Virus record (IMG/VR): IMGVR_UViG_3300028591_000087
Coordinates: 1 to 64,000 of that record
DNA from: a virus
Taxonomy: Duplodnaviria; Caudoviricetes
Direction: 5' to 3' (one strand)
DNA length: 64,000 nt
Below the pieces are notes generated by a model. The model made no database searches and had not been told where the DNA came from. It saw only the letters and a program-made list of their open reading frames with translations. Positions 9,679 to 18,374 of the stretch are shown here, piece after piece. The position numbers and the translations under genes are program-made. The stretch's first letter is position 1. Each line of letters begins with the position of its first letter.

Positions 9679-10266
9679 TTACATATTCGGATTATCTGAA
9701 TAAACCGCCCAACAATAGCATCGCCAATGAAATGGTGGCAACTCATACTCATCAATCCCAACTTTAAAAATTCCATAATGCGATCTACAAATTCCTGTAT
9801 CCTTATCACAATCTGGTTCACCAGTAATTTTAACATATTCGAACAAACCTGTGCGCTCATTTAATGTATCAAATACAGTATTTCTTAAACGTCGTGATTC
9901 TAACTCAATAATATGATTAATAGAATTGATTAGATTAGCTTTATTTCTATATTTATTATAAGCTGCATAATGCCCAAAAATAGAACTATTTAAAGTCCAT
10001 CCATCTTTATGATAAATTAATTTATCTAATTCTGGGAAATTAGATAAATCTTTATCAGTAAAATTATATTCAGATTTAAACCATTCTTTAATAGCATCTA
10101 ATATATCTTCTAAAGTTTTTCGCACAAAAGACTCAGATGATCCAGCATCAGGAGATTTTGAATTTAAAATATATTCAGTATGATCTTTTTCTCCCTACTC
10201 AATTATTGGATCAGTAATATCTTTTAATCTATCAAATTCACGTGAATCTATTCTTGTACGTTTCAT
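9679..10266 (-). CDS. Protein with MuF/SPP1 gp7-like C-terminal motif (1 TAG)
   Basis: GGAGG RBS, ATG at 10266; C..C...G...LPPFHWRCYC resembles the PPxHPNCRC motif. Confidence 0.5.
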
Positions 10267-10323
10267 ATAAACCTCCAGAAATAAAAAAAATACCAGATCC
10301 AATTAGTTTATGGATCTGGGATA

Positions 10324-10398
10324 TGGTGCCTGCGGGTGGGATCGGACCACCGACCTATGGGGTATGAGTCCATTGCTCTACCACTGAGCTACACAGGC
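10324..10398 (-). tRNA. tRNA(CAU), Met or Ile2
   Basis: Loop CU-CAU-AC, CCA end. Confidence 0.85.
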
Positions 10399-10403
10399 AA
10401 AAA

Positions 10404-10517
10404 CAAGACGGACTATAAACGCGTGTTGCCATTACACCATTTCCCCATGTGGGGAAAGCTGGATTCGAACCAACAGTACGTGCTCCCTATGCAAAAGAAC
10501 TATTGCTGACCCGTCTT
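10404..10517 (-). ncRNA. CAGCAA-stem RNA copy D with permuted tRNA body
   Basis: AGACGG-GUCAGCAA, T arm GUUGGUUCGAAUCCAGC, UUUCCCC/GGGGAAA closed acceptor hairpin, D arm UGGUGUAAUGGCAACAC, CCGUCU-UG. Confidence 0.72.
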
Positions 10518-10522
10518 TGAAA

Positions 10523-10596
10523 TGGAGCGGCTAACGGGATTCGAACCCGTGAACCAACCTTGGCAAGGTCGTATGTTACCACTACATCATAGCCGC
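10523..10596 (-). tRNA. tRNA-Gly(GCC)
   Basis: Loop UU-GCC-AA. Confidence 0.92.
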
Positions 10597-10597
10597 A

Positions 10598-10672
10598 TGG
10601 GAGGTATGACAGGAGTCGAACCTGCATTCGTAGAGCCACAATCTACTGTCCTACCGTTGGACGACACACCAC
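10598..10672 (-). tRNA. tRNA-His(GUG)
   Basis: Loop UU-GUG-GC; G-1 and C73. Confidence 0.88.
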
Positions 10673-10676
10673 ATAT

Positions 10677-10778
10677 CTAGGCAGTTTCTCAATTGTTGGG
10701 AATCGAACCCAAAATGTCAGCTTTGCATGCTAATGTCTTACCTTTAGACTACAATAAAGATTTTGCTGTAACTGCCTT
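10677..10778 (-). ncRNA. CAGCAA-stem RNA copy E with D, anticodon (GCA) and T arms but no free acceptor end
   Basis: AGGCAG-UUACAGCAA...UAGUCUAAAGGUAAGAC, UUAGC-AUGCAAA-GCUGA, UUGGGUUCGAUUCCCAA...CUGCCU-AG. Confidence 0.68.
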
Positions 10779-10783
10779 ATAAG

Positions 10784-10855
10784 TACCGGCACAGGGAATC
10801 GAACCCTGGTTACCGGTTTAGAAGACCGGTGCTCTATCCGCTGAGCTATGCCGGC
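10784..10855 (-). tRNA. tRNA-Arg(UCU)
   Basis: Loop CU-UCU-AA. Confidence 0.9.
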
Positions 10856-11302
10856 TTATGCATTAATCAATCTCGGAATCACTGGCAAATATTTCTCCTG
10901 AAGTTTCTTTGTGAGAGTGCCTTTCCGCATAATATGATCTTTCATATCAGCCTGCTTAACCATAATCGCATAAAGGTTTTTAGACCTTACAATTGTGTCA
11001 ATATACTCACCATATGAATCCTCATGTTTATGAGTAAGAAGATCAACTGCGATATAGAACTTACGCCGTGTATCTTCATCCTCAATGCAGTTCTGAAGTT
11101 CACTCCAGCTGCATTTTGTATCCTCGATTACATCATGAGCAATAGCAACAGCCCGAACCATGTTCTGCTCTTCTATTGGCATCAAAACAAATCGAGGATC
11201 ATCTTCAACATATTTTGTCACCATCATTGCGTGTTCTAATTTCTTGGCGGAATAATGCTTTCGCGCACATTCGAACACGCGAGACATATCTGCTGAATTC
11301 AT
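10856..11302 (-). CDS. HD-domain hydrolase, small alarmone hydrolase/Mesh1-like
   Basis: H...AHDVIEDT...LLTH...VKQADMKD pattern of RelA/SpoT-type HD domains. Confidence 0.72.
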   Translation of the reverse strand: MNSADMSRVFECARKHYSAKKLEHAMMVTKYVEDDPRFVLMPIEEQNMVRAVAIAHDVIEDTKCSWSELQNCIEDEDTRRKFYIAVDLLTHKHEDSYGEYIDTIVRSKNLYAIMVKQADMKDHIMRKGTLTKKLQEKYLPVIPRLINA

Positions 11303-11308
11303 AATAAT

Positions 11309-11387
11309 CAAGACTCCTTTTAATAGCTACTTTTGATTAATCACTCAAATGCTGTTATTACCTTACGGTATTTGCTGTGTGAGTCTT
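11309..11387 (-). ncRNA. CAGCAA-stem RNA copy F
   Basis: AGACUC-ACACAGCAA...GAGUCU-UG. Confidence 0.6.
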
Positions 11388-11472
11388 TGGTGCGGGATGA
11401 GGGACTCGAACCCTCACACCATAAGGCACATGATCCTTAGTCATGCCTGTCTACCAGTTCCAGCAATCCCGC
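11388..11472 (-). tRNA. tRNA-Leu(AAG)
   Basis: Loop CU-AAG-GA, long variable arm. Confidence 0.9.
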
Positions 11473-11551
11473 ATAAGGTGGGGTCGTTAGACCCCTATGA
11501 AATTACCTACGGGCTCCTGCATAATGCAGTCAGTGCTCTTGCGTAGGCGAG

Positions 11552-11623
11552 TACCCACCCAGGGAATCGAACCCTGATCGATCGGTTCGTAGCCGATTAC
11601 TCTTTCCGTTAAGCTAGGCGGGC
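11552..11623 (-). tRNA. tRNA-Arg(ACG)
   Basis: Loop CU-ACG-AA. Confidence 0.88.
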
Positions 11624-11626
11624 ATA

Positions 11627-11715
11627 TGGTGACGGGTTGCCTACGGGATTTTGCGCTGGCTTTTACTCTCATGACCGTTCCGGCCGCACACGAATCTTTG
11701 AGCTTCCCGCCCGTC
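11627..11715 (-). ncRNA. ACCA-ended RNA with acceptor-like stem and non-tRNA body
   Basis: GACGGG...CCCGUC-ACCA; no T-loop consensus. Confidence 0.45.
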
Positions 11716-11791
11716 TGGTACCTGACATGGGATTCGAACCCACACTTGACTGGTTCTAAGCCAGTTGCCTCTTCCGTTGGGCTAATCAGGC
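11716..11791 (-). tRNA. tRNA(UAG anticodon, Leu) with short variable loop
   Basis: Loop CU-UAG-AA, 76 nt. Confidence 0.85.
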
Positions 11792-11880
11792 ATAAAAGGG
11801 GTAGTGAGCGATATATAGGGATTAGGAGGAATCCATCATGAAAGGAGGTATGTCGGAAACGGGTTGCTCACTACCCGAAG

Positions 11881-11960
11881 TGCCCAAGGTGGGATTCGAA
11901 CCCACACCCTTTCGGATCCGATTTTGAGTCGGACGCGTCTGCCAATTCCACCACAAGGGC
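11881..11960 (-). tRNA. tRNA-Leu(CAA)
   Basis: Loop CU-CAA-AA. Confidence 0.9.
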
Positions 11961-11964
11961 AAGT

Positions 11965-12051
11965 TGGTGCCCACGGCCGGACTCGAACCGGCACGTCCTT
12001 TCGGACAGCGGATTTTAAGTCCGCTACGTCTACCAATTCCATCACGTGGGC
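11965..12051 (-). tRNA. tRNA-Leu(UAA)
   Basis: Loop CU-UAA-AA. Confidence 0.92.
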
Positions 12052-12107
12052 ATTTCTTTATCTTACAAATATATTATATAATATATTTTTAAGATTTTCA
12101 AATCAAC

Positions 12108-12195
12108 TGGCGGACGCGGTAGGATTCGAACCTACGGGGCTTGAAGGCCCAACGGTTTTCTAGACCGCCGCCATAGTCCACTCGGCCACACGTCC
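12108..12195 (-). tRNA. tRNA-Ser(AGA)
   Basis: Loop CU-AGA-AA, long variable arm, G73. Confidence 0.88.
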
Positions 12196-12269
12196 ATAAA
12201 GCGGATTCCATTATCCTTATATGGTTTGCCGGAATCTAATACCGGAGTACACTATTGAAATCCGCTAAG

Positions 12270-12356
12270 CGCGCTCGGAAGGATTCGAACCTTCGGGCCC
12301 CAGATGGGACCAACGCCTTAGCAGGGCGCCGCTTTCGACCACTCAGCCACGAGCGC
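12270..12356 (-). tRNA. tRNA-Ser(GCU)
   Basis: Loop CU-GCU-AA, long variable arm. Confidence 0.9.
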
Positions 12357-12361
12357 AAGAA

Positions 12362-12449
12362 CTAGACACGCTTATCTTCCTGGAGCCGACCCAGTGCCTT
12401 CTTACAAATCCAAACTTCGTATCTTTAAAGAAAAATTGCTGACGTGTCT
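12362..12449 (-). ncRNA. CAGCAA-stem RNA copy G
   Basis: AGACAC-GUCAGCAA...GUGUCU-AG; internal T-arm-like CUGG-GUCGGCU-CCAG. Confidence 0.58.
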
Positions 12450-12453
12450 CGGC

Positions 12454-12527
12454 TGGAGCCTTCTATTGGAATCGAACCAATGTTCATGCTTTACGAAAGC
12501 ATTGTCCTACCATTGAACGAAGAAGGC
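12454..12527 (-). tRNA. tRNA-Thr(CGU)
   Basis: Loop UU-CGU-AA. Confidence 0.88.
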
Positions 12528-12557
12528 AAGAGGCGGTTAGCTGGACCGCCTGATGAA

Positions 12558-12875
12558 TTAAAATCCCCAAAAAGTCTTGAAGAAGTTGCGGAACGGATCA
12601 TTCAATCCAAGAATTACATCCGCGTCCTTGAGAGAAGTATGGAAGGTTCCATAGTCTTTACAGAAGGCTTGCAATTTTTCATTTGCAACTTTCTGTGCAT
12701 CAAGAGCATCCTTGATTGCAGTTTCAACTTCCTTAGCACGCTCTTCACGCTTAGCCTTTTTCTCTGCTTCAGCAGCTTTACGAGCCTTGCGCACACTCAA
12801 CGCCTTTTCTTCTGCGGCATTAAGTTCATCAACCGTGTCATATGCCTTGTTGGTTACTTCAGATAAATACTTCAT
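12558..12875 (-). CDS. Hypothetical coiled-coil protein
   Basis: AAGGAG RBS, Ala/Lys/Glu-rich, hairpin terminator downstream. Confidence 0.75.
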   Translation of the reverse strand: MKYLSEVTNKAYDTVDELNAAEEKALSVRKARKAAEAEKKAKREERAKEVETAIKDALDAQKVANEKLQAFCKDYGTFHTSLKDADVILGLNDPFRNFFKTFWGF

Positions 12876-12935
12876 AATTTCCTAATCTCCTTTATGAACA
12901 TTTTATCTTATACCGGTATAAAATTGCCTTTCGGC

Positions 12936-13009
12936 TGGAGCGCCATAACAGATTTGAACTGTCACCTGCTGCTTGGAGGGCAGTGATGCTGCCATTACAC
13001 CAATGGCGC
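12936..13009 (-). tRNA. tRNA-Gly(UCC)
   Basis: Anticodon UCC, U73-CCA. Confidence 0.88.
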
Positions 13010-13228
13010 ATAGAGGGGAACTTCCCCTCAGATCTACGGCAAGCGTGCTGGGATCTATTCTTTTGGAAGTCCCAGCGGGTTGCGCTGCGTAGGGGTGGAC
13101 CCGGGCCTTTCAGCCAGCCCAAACGGCGGTTTTTAGTCACGCTGGACAGCCTTGCGGCAGATCGTGCACTTTATACACAATCCACTACTTTTGCCGGTTG
13201 GTTACGGTAATCGCAAGTAGTCAGCGAT

Positions 13229-13305
13229 TGGTCGGGATGAGTGGATTCGAACCACTGATCTTCGCCTTATCAGAGCGCTGCACTAACCAACTGTGCTACA
13301 TCCCG
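13229..13305 (-). tRNA. tRNA-Ile(GAU)
   Basis: Loop CU-GAU-AA. Confidence 0.9.
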
Positions 13306-13521
13306 GAAGCTTCCCCTGTGTCCAAGTACAACGGTACGCACCACAGGGAGCACGGCTACAATTCACACTATTATTCGCACTCACGCGCAATAGACTTGCT
13401 TATCTCAAGTAGTAGTGTGTAATCCAGATCGCCTATCATTTCAGCTTATCTGGTTGATAAGTAGTATCTAATGGACGCCACCCTTGTGGAGAGCTGTAGC
13501 CAACTTCCTTTGTCGAGTGGG

Positions 13522-13737
13522 TTATTTAATGACGCATTTAAACTCGGCAGGATTCTCACCATATACGCGATATACTGTTACATCGCCGCCAGCACTCGTA
13601 ACAAACTCACTATATGTGCCGCCATACCGATCAATCCCTCTGTCTTCGACGATCCGATCAGTAGGGGTGTGATCAAATAGGAAATCTTTGTGTTTCTGAT
13701 GGAGTTCAGCGATTGTCATTTTCATTCGTCCTTTCAT
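13522..13737 (-). CDS. Hypothetical protein
   Basis: ORF with plausible RBS inside the tRNA array; exact start uncertain. Confidence 0.55.
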   Translation of the reverse strand: MKGRMKMTIAELHQKHKDFLFDHTPTDRIVEDRGIDRYGGTYSEFVTSAGGDVTVYRVYGENPAEFKCVIK

Positions 13738-13741
13738 CTTT

Positions 13742-13818
13742 TGGTGCCAGAGAGTGGAGTTGAACCACTGTATAGTAGATTTTCAGTCTACTGCCTTAAC
13801 CAACTTGGCGACTCTGGC
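13742..13818 (-). tRNA. tRNA-Phe(GAA)
   Basis: Loop CU-GAA-AA. Confidence 0.9.
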
Positions 13819-13821
13819 ATA

Positions 13822-13907
13822 TGGTGCGCCGGGGTGGAGTCGAACCACCGATGTTTCTTTGTAACGGATTTACAGTCCGCTGCCTTCGCCACTGGACACA
13901 CCGACGC
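13822..13907 (-). tRNA. tRNA-Tyr(GUA)
   Basis: Loop CU-GUA-AA. Confidence 0.9.
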
Positions 13908-13914
13908 ATATAAA

Positions 13915-13990
13915 TGGCGACCCTGGTGGGAATTGAACCCACGTTCTTCGGCGTGACAAGCCGACGCGTTAACCACTGCACCACAGGGCC
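13915..13990 (-). tRNA. tRNA-Asp(GUC)
   Basis: Loop UU-GUC-AC. Confidence 0.9.
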
Positions 13991-14142
13991 ATAAAACAAG
14001 GTGCTTGTACTAAACTATGTTGGTATGCACCTACCCTCATCCCAGCGTTCGTCGCTCACGAGACGATCCGTTAGCTTCACGGATCCGCCGGACCTCAACC
14101 GGCACGTCATATCCTGTCAATTCAGGCTTTATGGGATTGAAG

Positions 14143-14215
14143 CGGCCCCTGAAGGACTCGAACCTTCGACACGCTGGTTAACAGCCAGCTGCTCTGCCAA
14201 CTGAGCTAAGGGGCC
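14143..14215 (-). tRNA. tRNA-Asn(GUU)
   Basis: Loop CU-GUU-AA. Confidence 0.9.
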
Positions 14216-14350
14216 AAAATGCGGTTTACTTTGCTTCTTTGTATACCGTTTTCCACTAAGCCACATATCCCCGAAGGGCCGGTGGTAGTTGAACCGCAAA
14301 ATCCATGTTAACGGTTACTCATTTAGTTTCGTTGCCCGATGAGTACAGGC

Positions 14351-14425
14351 TGGTACCCTGTCCGGGGGTTGAACCCGGCCCTACAGCTTGAAGGGCTGTC
14401 GACTTAACCGATTGTCTAACAGGGC
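14351..14425 (-). tRNA. tRNA-Glu(UUC)
   Basis: Loop CC-UUC-AA. Confidence 0.87.
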
Positions 14426-14884
14426 ATAAGATGGAGAATTTTCAGATAGCTTATTCAGCATTTCTAAATATCTCCAAAAGTGACCTACTCCGAACTTCAT
14501 ATCGGTATGCCGCATATGGAGTCGAACCATCTTATCCAGTGGATCGCCACCGGCCGGGAACTCCACTTCCCGCCTACGGGGTTCGGTTACTAATCACCGC
14601 CTATTGCGAACTTGCGGGCGGCCTTCGCGACACCTTTAATTTCAGGTCTAAAACATACTTGCCTTACGGCGCAGGTCTGTATCTGCGCAGATCAGCACCG
14701 CCGATCGGTCGGCGCTGGCGTGAGTATCTTGATCAGAGCAGGACTTCTTATGAGCGCTCCCTTTTCTTGCTTCTGTTCAGTGGACTTGAACCACTCTCAT
14801 AAGTGTCTTTTCCTCACGACGATCCGTTATGACCTTGGACAAAGGTAGCGGTTTCTTTAACGTCGACGCCGCCAAGCTGACTCG

Positions 14885-14956
14885 TGGCGGGAGTGGGACT
14901 CGAACCCACGACTCTCAGCTTATGAGGCTGATCTGCTACCACTGCAACATCCCGCG
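14885..14956 (-). tRNA. tRNA-Met(CAU), initiator-like 5' end
   Basis: CGCGGGA start with 1:72 mismatch; loop CU-CAU-AA; lacks the 3 G-C anticodon-stem pairs of typical initiators. Confidence 0.8.
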
Positions 14957-15292
14957 ATATGAAAGAAAGTTTTCCCTCGAAAGGAGGATAACTTACAACC
15001 CTTGCGCGCAATAAGCCTTTTATTAGTCCTTAGGTTGACCCTTCTGTCAAACCATCCGACTGCTCATGCCAAGGAGCCACGGAGCTGTGAGACTTTCTTT
15101 TTGGTATTCACGCAACCTGGTGAGGATCACAGCGAGCAATCTCCAACACGTTCATATCATTTATATCCCGCATCAACGAAATCCTAGCGGTCCTCTTCGT
15201 TTGATCGCACTACAAGCGCAAGCACTTGCATCACCCACGTGAGAGATTAGTTTGGTGCAATAACGCAGTCTCCTACATCATTGTCCAAAAGT

Positions 15293-15368
15293 TGGTGACG
15301 ACACGAGGATTCGAACCTACGATTTACTGCTTGAGAGGCAGTCGGCCTGACCTTTAGCCGATGTCGCC
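15293..15368 (-). tRNA. tRNA-Glu(CUC)
   Basis: Loop CU-CUC-AA. Confidence 0.85.
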
Positions 15369-15574
15369 ATATGGGGCTTACGCCCCGAATCGGTTTAAAC
15401 TATTTTTTATACTCATCACCGTAGTTTGAGTTGAGTCGATATCATGTCTCGTGCCCTCTGCACTCCACGGGGCAGGGTTTTCTTTGAAGGGTTTTCCTTC
15501 CCTTACCTTACATATATATAATATCAAATTTTTTTAAATTTTTCAAGTGACTTTCATAATGGTTGGATTTGAGA

Positions 15575-15844
15575 TCAATCAAACTCAGCAATGAACTCAT
15601 CGCCCCAGCTGATGTTTGCAACCTTCATGATGCACCTAAAGCACTCTTCAATTTCCATATCATAATCATTGGTGAGATCCCACTCATCATCTGGAATGAA
15701 ATCCCGCATCAGATTGCCATCGCAATCAAAGCGTTCATCATACAGATTATATATGTCGCTCGGATCCACATTAAGTTTCTTGGCAACCTTTTCTGCAATC
15801 TTCCAGATCTTTACCACAGGCAGCGTTCTTACAATATCAGCCAT
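15575..15844 (-). CDS. Hypothetical acidic protein
   Basis: Own promoter and GGAGG RBS. Confidence 0.65.
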   Translation of the reverse strand: MADIVRTLPVVKIWKIAEKVAKKLNVDPSDIYNLYDERFDCDGNLMRDFIPDDEWDLTNDYDMEIEECFRCIMKVANISWGDEFIAEFD

Positions 15845-15900
15845 TTCTTTTTCCCTCCCTCAACCTTACATATATATAATATCATAATTTTTTATATTTT

Positions 15901-16368
15901 TCAAATTGAGGGTTTTGACCACTCTTGTACTTGCATACCATGAGCAGCAAACCATTGCTGGATCGGCACGCGCTCGCTACATTTATTGGTAGGAGCCTCA
16001 TGCACGATCAAAGCAAAGTTTACATCTCCAAGGCTCGGTTCATTCTCCAATATTCGTGTTCTAAGCTATTCAAATCTTGCTTTGACTTCTTCGAAGTTGA
16101 GCTGGCTAAGTTGAACTGCATATCGTAATAAGAATTGACAACTCTCCGGCTCCATTCCACAAGATGGACCGCAATAGCCACCGAGATCCGGGCCAGGTGC
16201 AAATATAGGTGCTCGAATACCATTGATAACGCCTCGCTTATCTTTGAATTGATAATCTTGACCTTGGTTATTGTGGAACCACTTAGGATCCCAAACTGCC
16301 GTAGATATAGGAATCAGGTTAGGTGGAAAAAACCTAACCTGATAGAAGTAGCTTGTGTATATCGTCAT
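15901..16368 (-). CDS. DUF488-like protein (1 TAG read-through)
   Basis: IYTSYF...PISTA..PKW N-terminus; continues past TAG at 16066 to LIVHEAPTNKCSER...TGA at 15901. Confidence 0.6.
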
Positions 16369-17501
16369 ACAAGATACCTCGCAGGTCCATAGTCGGGAAC
16401 CTTCTTTAGTACCATTCTGTCGATCTTACATTCATTCATGATCTGAGCCATTTCTTTGGCACGTTCATCACTCAAATCATAGAAGTCATCAGCATCCCAA
16501 TGAGGGAAGCTAATCTTCTCATTGATGATATACTCATCACCCACCATATGTGCCAACGCAGGAATGAAATATGTGGTGAACTCGGTAGGGAAATCATCTT
16601 TTCCTTCCTTTTCCTTATACCGACGAACCCGCAAGTAATGGGACTCATGATCTCCCAAGTTGACACGTTCACTCCACGCTTCAAAACAAAGCCCGTTGCT
16701 GAGGTAGAGTTTAATGTCAAATTTCATACGGTTGACACGGGTGATATTCAGATCAGACATAGCTTCTTTCAGGCTATATCCCTGGTTCAGTTCGAAGCAA
16801 ATCGCACGTAAAAAGTCATATGGCATATCTATCACACCAGATAGATTCACTACATCGTCGATTGCTTCTTGGTACTCTGGTAGTACTTTATCCATCATAT
16901 ACTCACGCACTTCATCTTGTGCAGGAGCACACATGGCAAAATGATAATGGAAGCGGCCAGGTCTGTTCAACATATACTGGCTAATATCTTCCAATTTATT
17001 GCAAGTCACAATGAAAAGTTTATGTCCACCATCAATGCCATCAAATAGTGAAAGTAATTCATCCTGTGGATTCCAATCCTCTTGCTTCGCAAAAGTCTTT
17101 TCAAACTCATCAAAAATGACTACACAATCTTGATCAATAGAGGAAATAAAGTCTGCAAGACCAGCAATAGCCGCACTCACAACAATCACAGGAAGATTAT
17201 CCTGGATCGCACGATCGGCTACTAGCCGCACAAATAGACTCTTACCAATACCCTTTTGACCAGAAAGAAGGACTCCGAAATTTCGATCCATAAGATGATA
17301 AGATTTCATAACCTTATCAACTTTGGCGGAACTGGATCCATATATCTTATCTTCGGTTACAGTAAGATCATGCCGAGCAGTAAGATAAAAACCGGTCATC
17401 TTATTAAACTCAACATTATATGACCCAACCGGAAGATTCCGAAAGGTTTTTACATCTTCTCCATATACTTGGTATCTGCTACCCGCATTTACTATATTCA
17501 T
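16365..17501 (-). CDS. AAA+ ATPase
   Basis: Walker A GQKGIGKS, Walker B VIFDEFEK, SRH motif NRPGRF. Confidence 0.9.
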   Translation of the reverse strand: MNIVNAGSRYQVYGEDVKTFRNLPVGSYNVEFNKMTGFYLTARHDLTVTEDKIYGSSSAKVDKVMKSYHLMDRNFGVLLSGQKGIGKSLFVRLVADRAIQDNLPVIVVSAAIAGLADFISSIDQDCVVIFDEFEKTFAKQEDWNPQDELLSLFDGIDGGHKLFIVTCNKLEDISQYMLNRPGRFHYHFAMCAPAQDEVREYMMDKVLPEYQEAIDDVVNLSGVIDMPYDFLRAICFELNQGYSLKEAMSDLNITRVNRMKFDIKLYLSNGLCFEAWSERVNLGDHESHYLRVRRYKEKEGKDDFPTEFTTYFIPALAHMVGDEYIINEKISFPHWDADDFYDLSDERAKEMAQIMNECKIDRMVLKKVPDYGPARYLV

Positions 17502-17626
17502 TACATTACTCCTCTTGACTAAATAAAGCCCTGCGCGGGTCCAGTATTGCTCGGCATTTCAGGCTTGCCCCGGACCTATTGTGAAATTTGCTGGGAGAAT
17601 TTCTATACCATTACCGCACGCGCGAA

Positions 17627-17697
17627 CAGGCACCCAAGGACTCGAACCTTGACCAACGGTTTTGGAGACCGACATGCTACCATTACACCAGGCACCT
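17627..17697 (-). tRNA. tRNA-Trp(CCA)
   Basis: Loop CU-CCA-AA. Confidence 0.9.
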
Positions 17698-17757
17698 ATA
17701 AGGGAACCCAAGATGGTGCAGGCACCTTCCTGGGCGGGCATAAGCCCTAATACAAAG

Positions 17758-17831
17758 TCGGGATGACAGGATTCGAACCTGCGGCTTCTTGGTCCCTAAC
17801 CAAGCGGTCTACCAAACTGAGCTACATCCCG
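17758..17831 (-). tRNA. tRNA-Pro(AGG)
   Basis: Loop UU-AGG-GA. Confidence 0.88.
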
Positions 17832-17838
17832 ATATGAG

Positions 17839-17910
17839 AGGTTCCAGTGGGAGTCGAACCCACTAACAAGGGTTTTGCAGACCCATCCCCGGCCGACGAG
17901 GGTTGGAACC
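17839..17910 (-). tRNA. tRNA-Cys(GCA)
   Basis: Loop CU-GCA-AA, U73. Confidence 0.85.
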
Positions 17911-17968
17911 TATATTGACGATTATCGTTTTCGTCTCATATACCATCACATTCTTTCTTATTTACTAG

Positions 17969-18040
17969 TGCCCGTGGCGAGAATCGAACTCGCGATGCAC
18001 AGATTAAAAGTCTGTTGCCATACCACTTGGCTACACGAGC
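17969..18040 (-). tRNA. tRNA-Lys(UUU)
   Basis: Loop CU-UUU-AA. Confidence 0.9.
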
Positions 18041-18043
18041 ATA

Positions 18044-18195
18044 TGGTGGACAATGGGGGATTTGAACCCCAATCCGTTCCCGTTTTCAAAAACGTGCCTT
18101 TCGGATGTGGCTTTAGGTCGACCACGCTAACGCAGTACCGCTCTTTGGCTACGGCTGATAACTCGGATGCTCCCCTGATGCATCAATCATTGCCC
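18044..18195 (-). ncRNA. 152-nt tRNA-like RNA with G3-U70 acceptor stem, T arm and ACCA
   Basis: GGGCAAUG...GGGGUUCAAAUCCCC-CAUUGUCC-ACCA with an expanded interior. Confidence 0.65.
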
Positions 18196-18288
18196 ATAAA
18201 AAGGTGCGGCGGAAGAGTTGCGGATACTACTCGGCCTCTTGCTACGGGTCTCATTACCAACGCCGCATATGTGTCACCTTGCCAGGTG

Positions 18289-18366
18289 TGGTGGAGCCAG
18301 TGGGATTCGAACCCACGACCCCCTGCTTGCAAGGCAGGTGCTCTAGCCAGGCTGAGCTATGACCCC
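18289..18366 (-). tRNA. tRNA-Ala(UGC)
   Basis: Loop CU-UGC-AA. Confidence 0.92.
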
Positions 18367-18374
18367 ATATTGTA

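Noticed and set aside
12108-12195. Second amber suppressor, because the loop contains CUA
   Set aside because: The 7-nt loop is CU-AGA-AA, so the anticodon is AGA (Ser).
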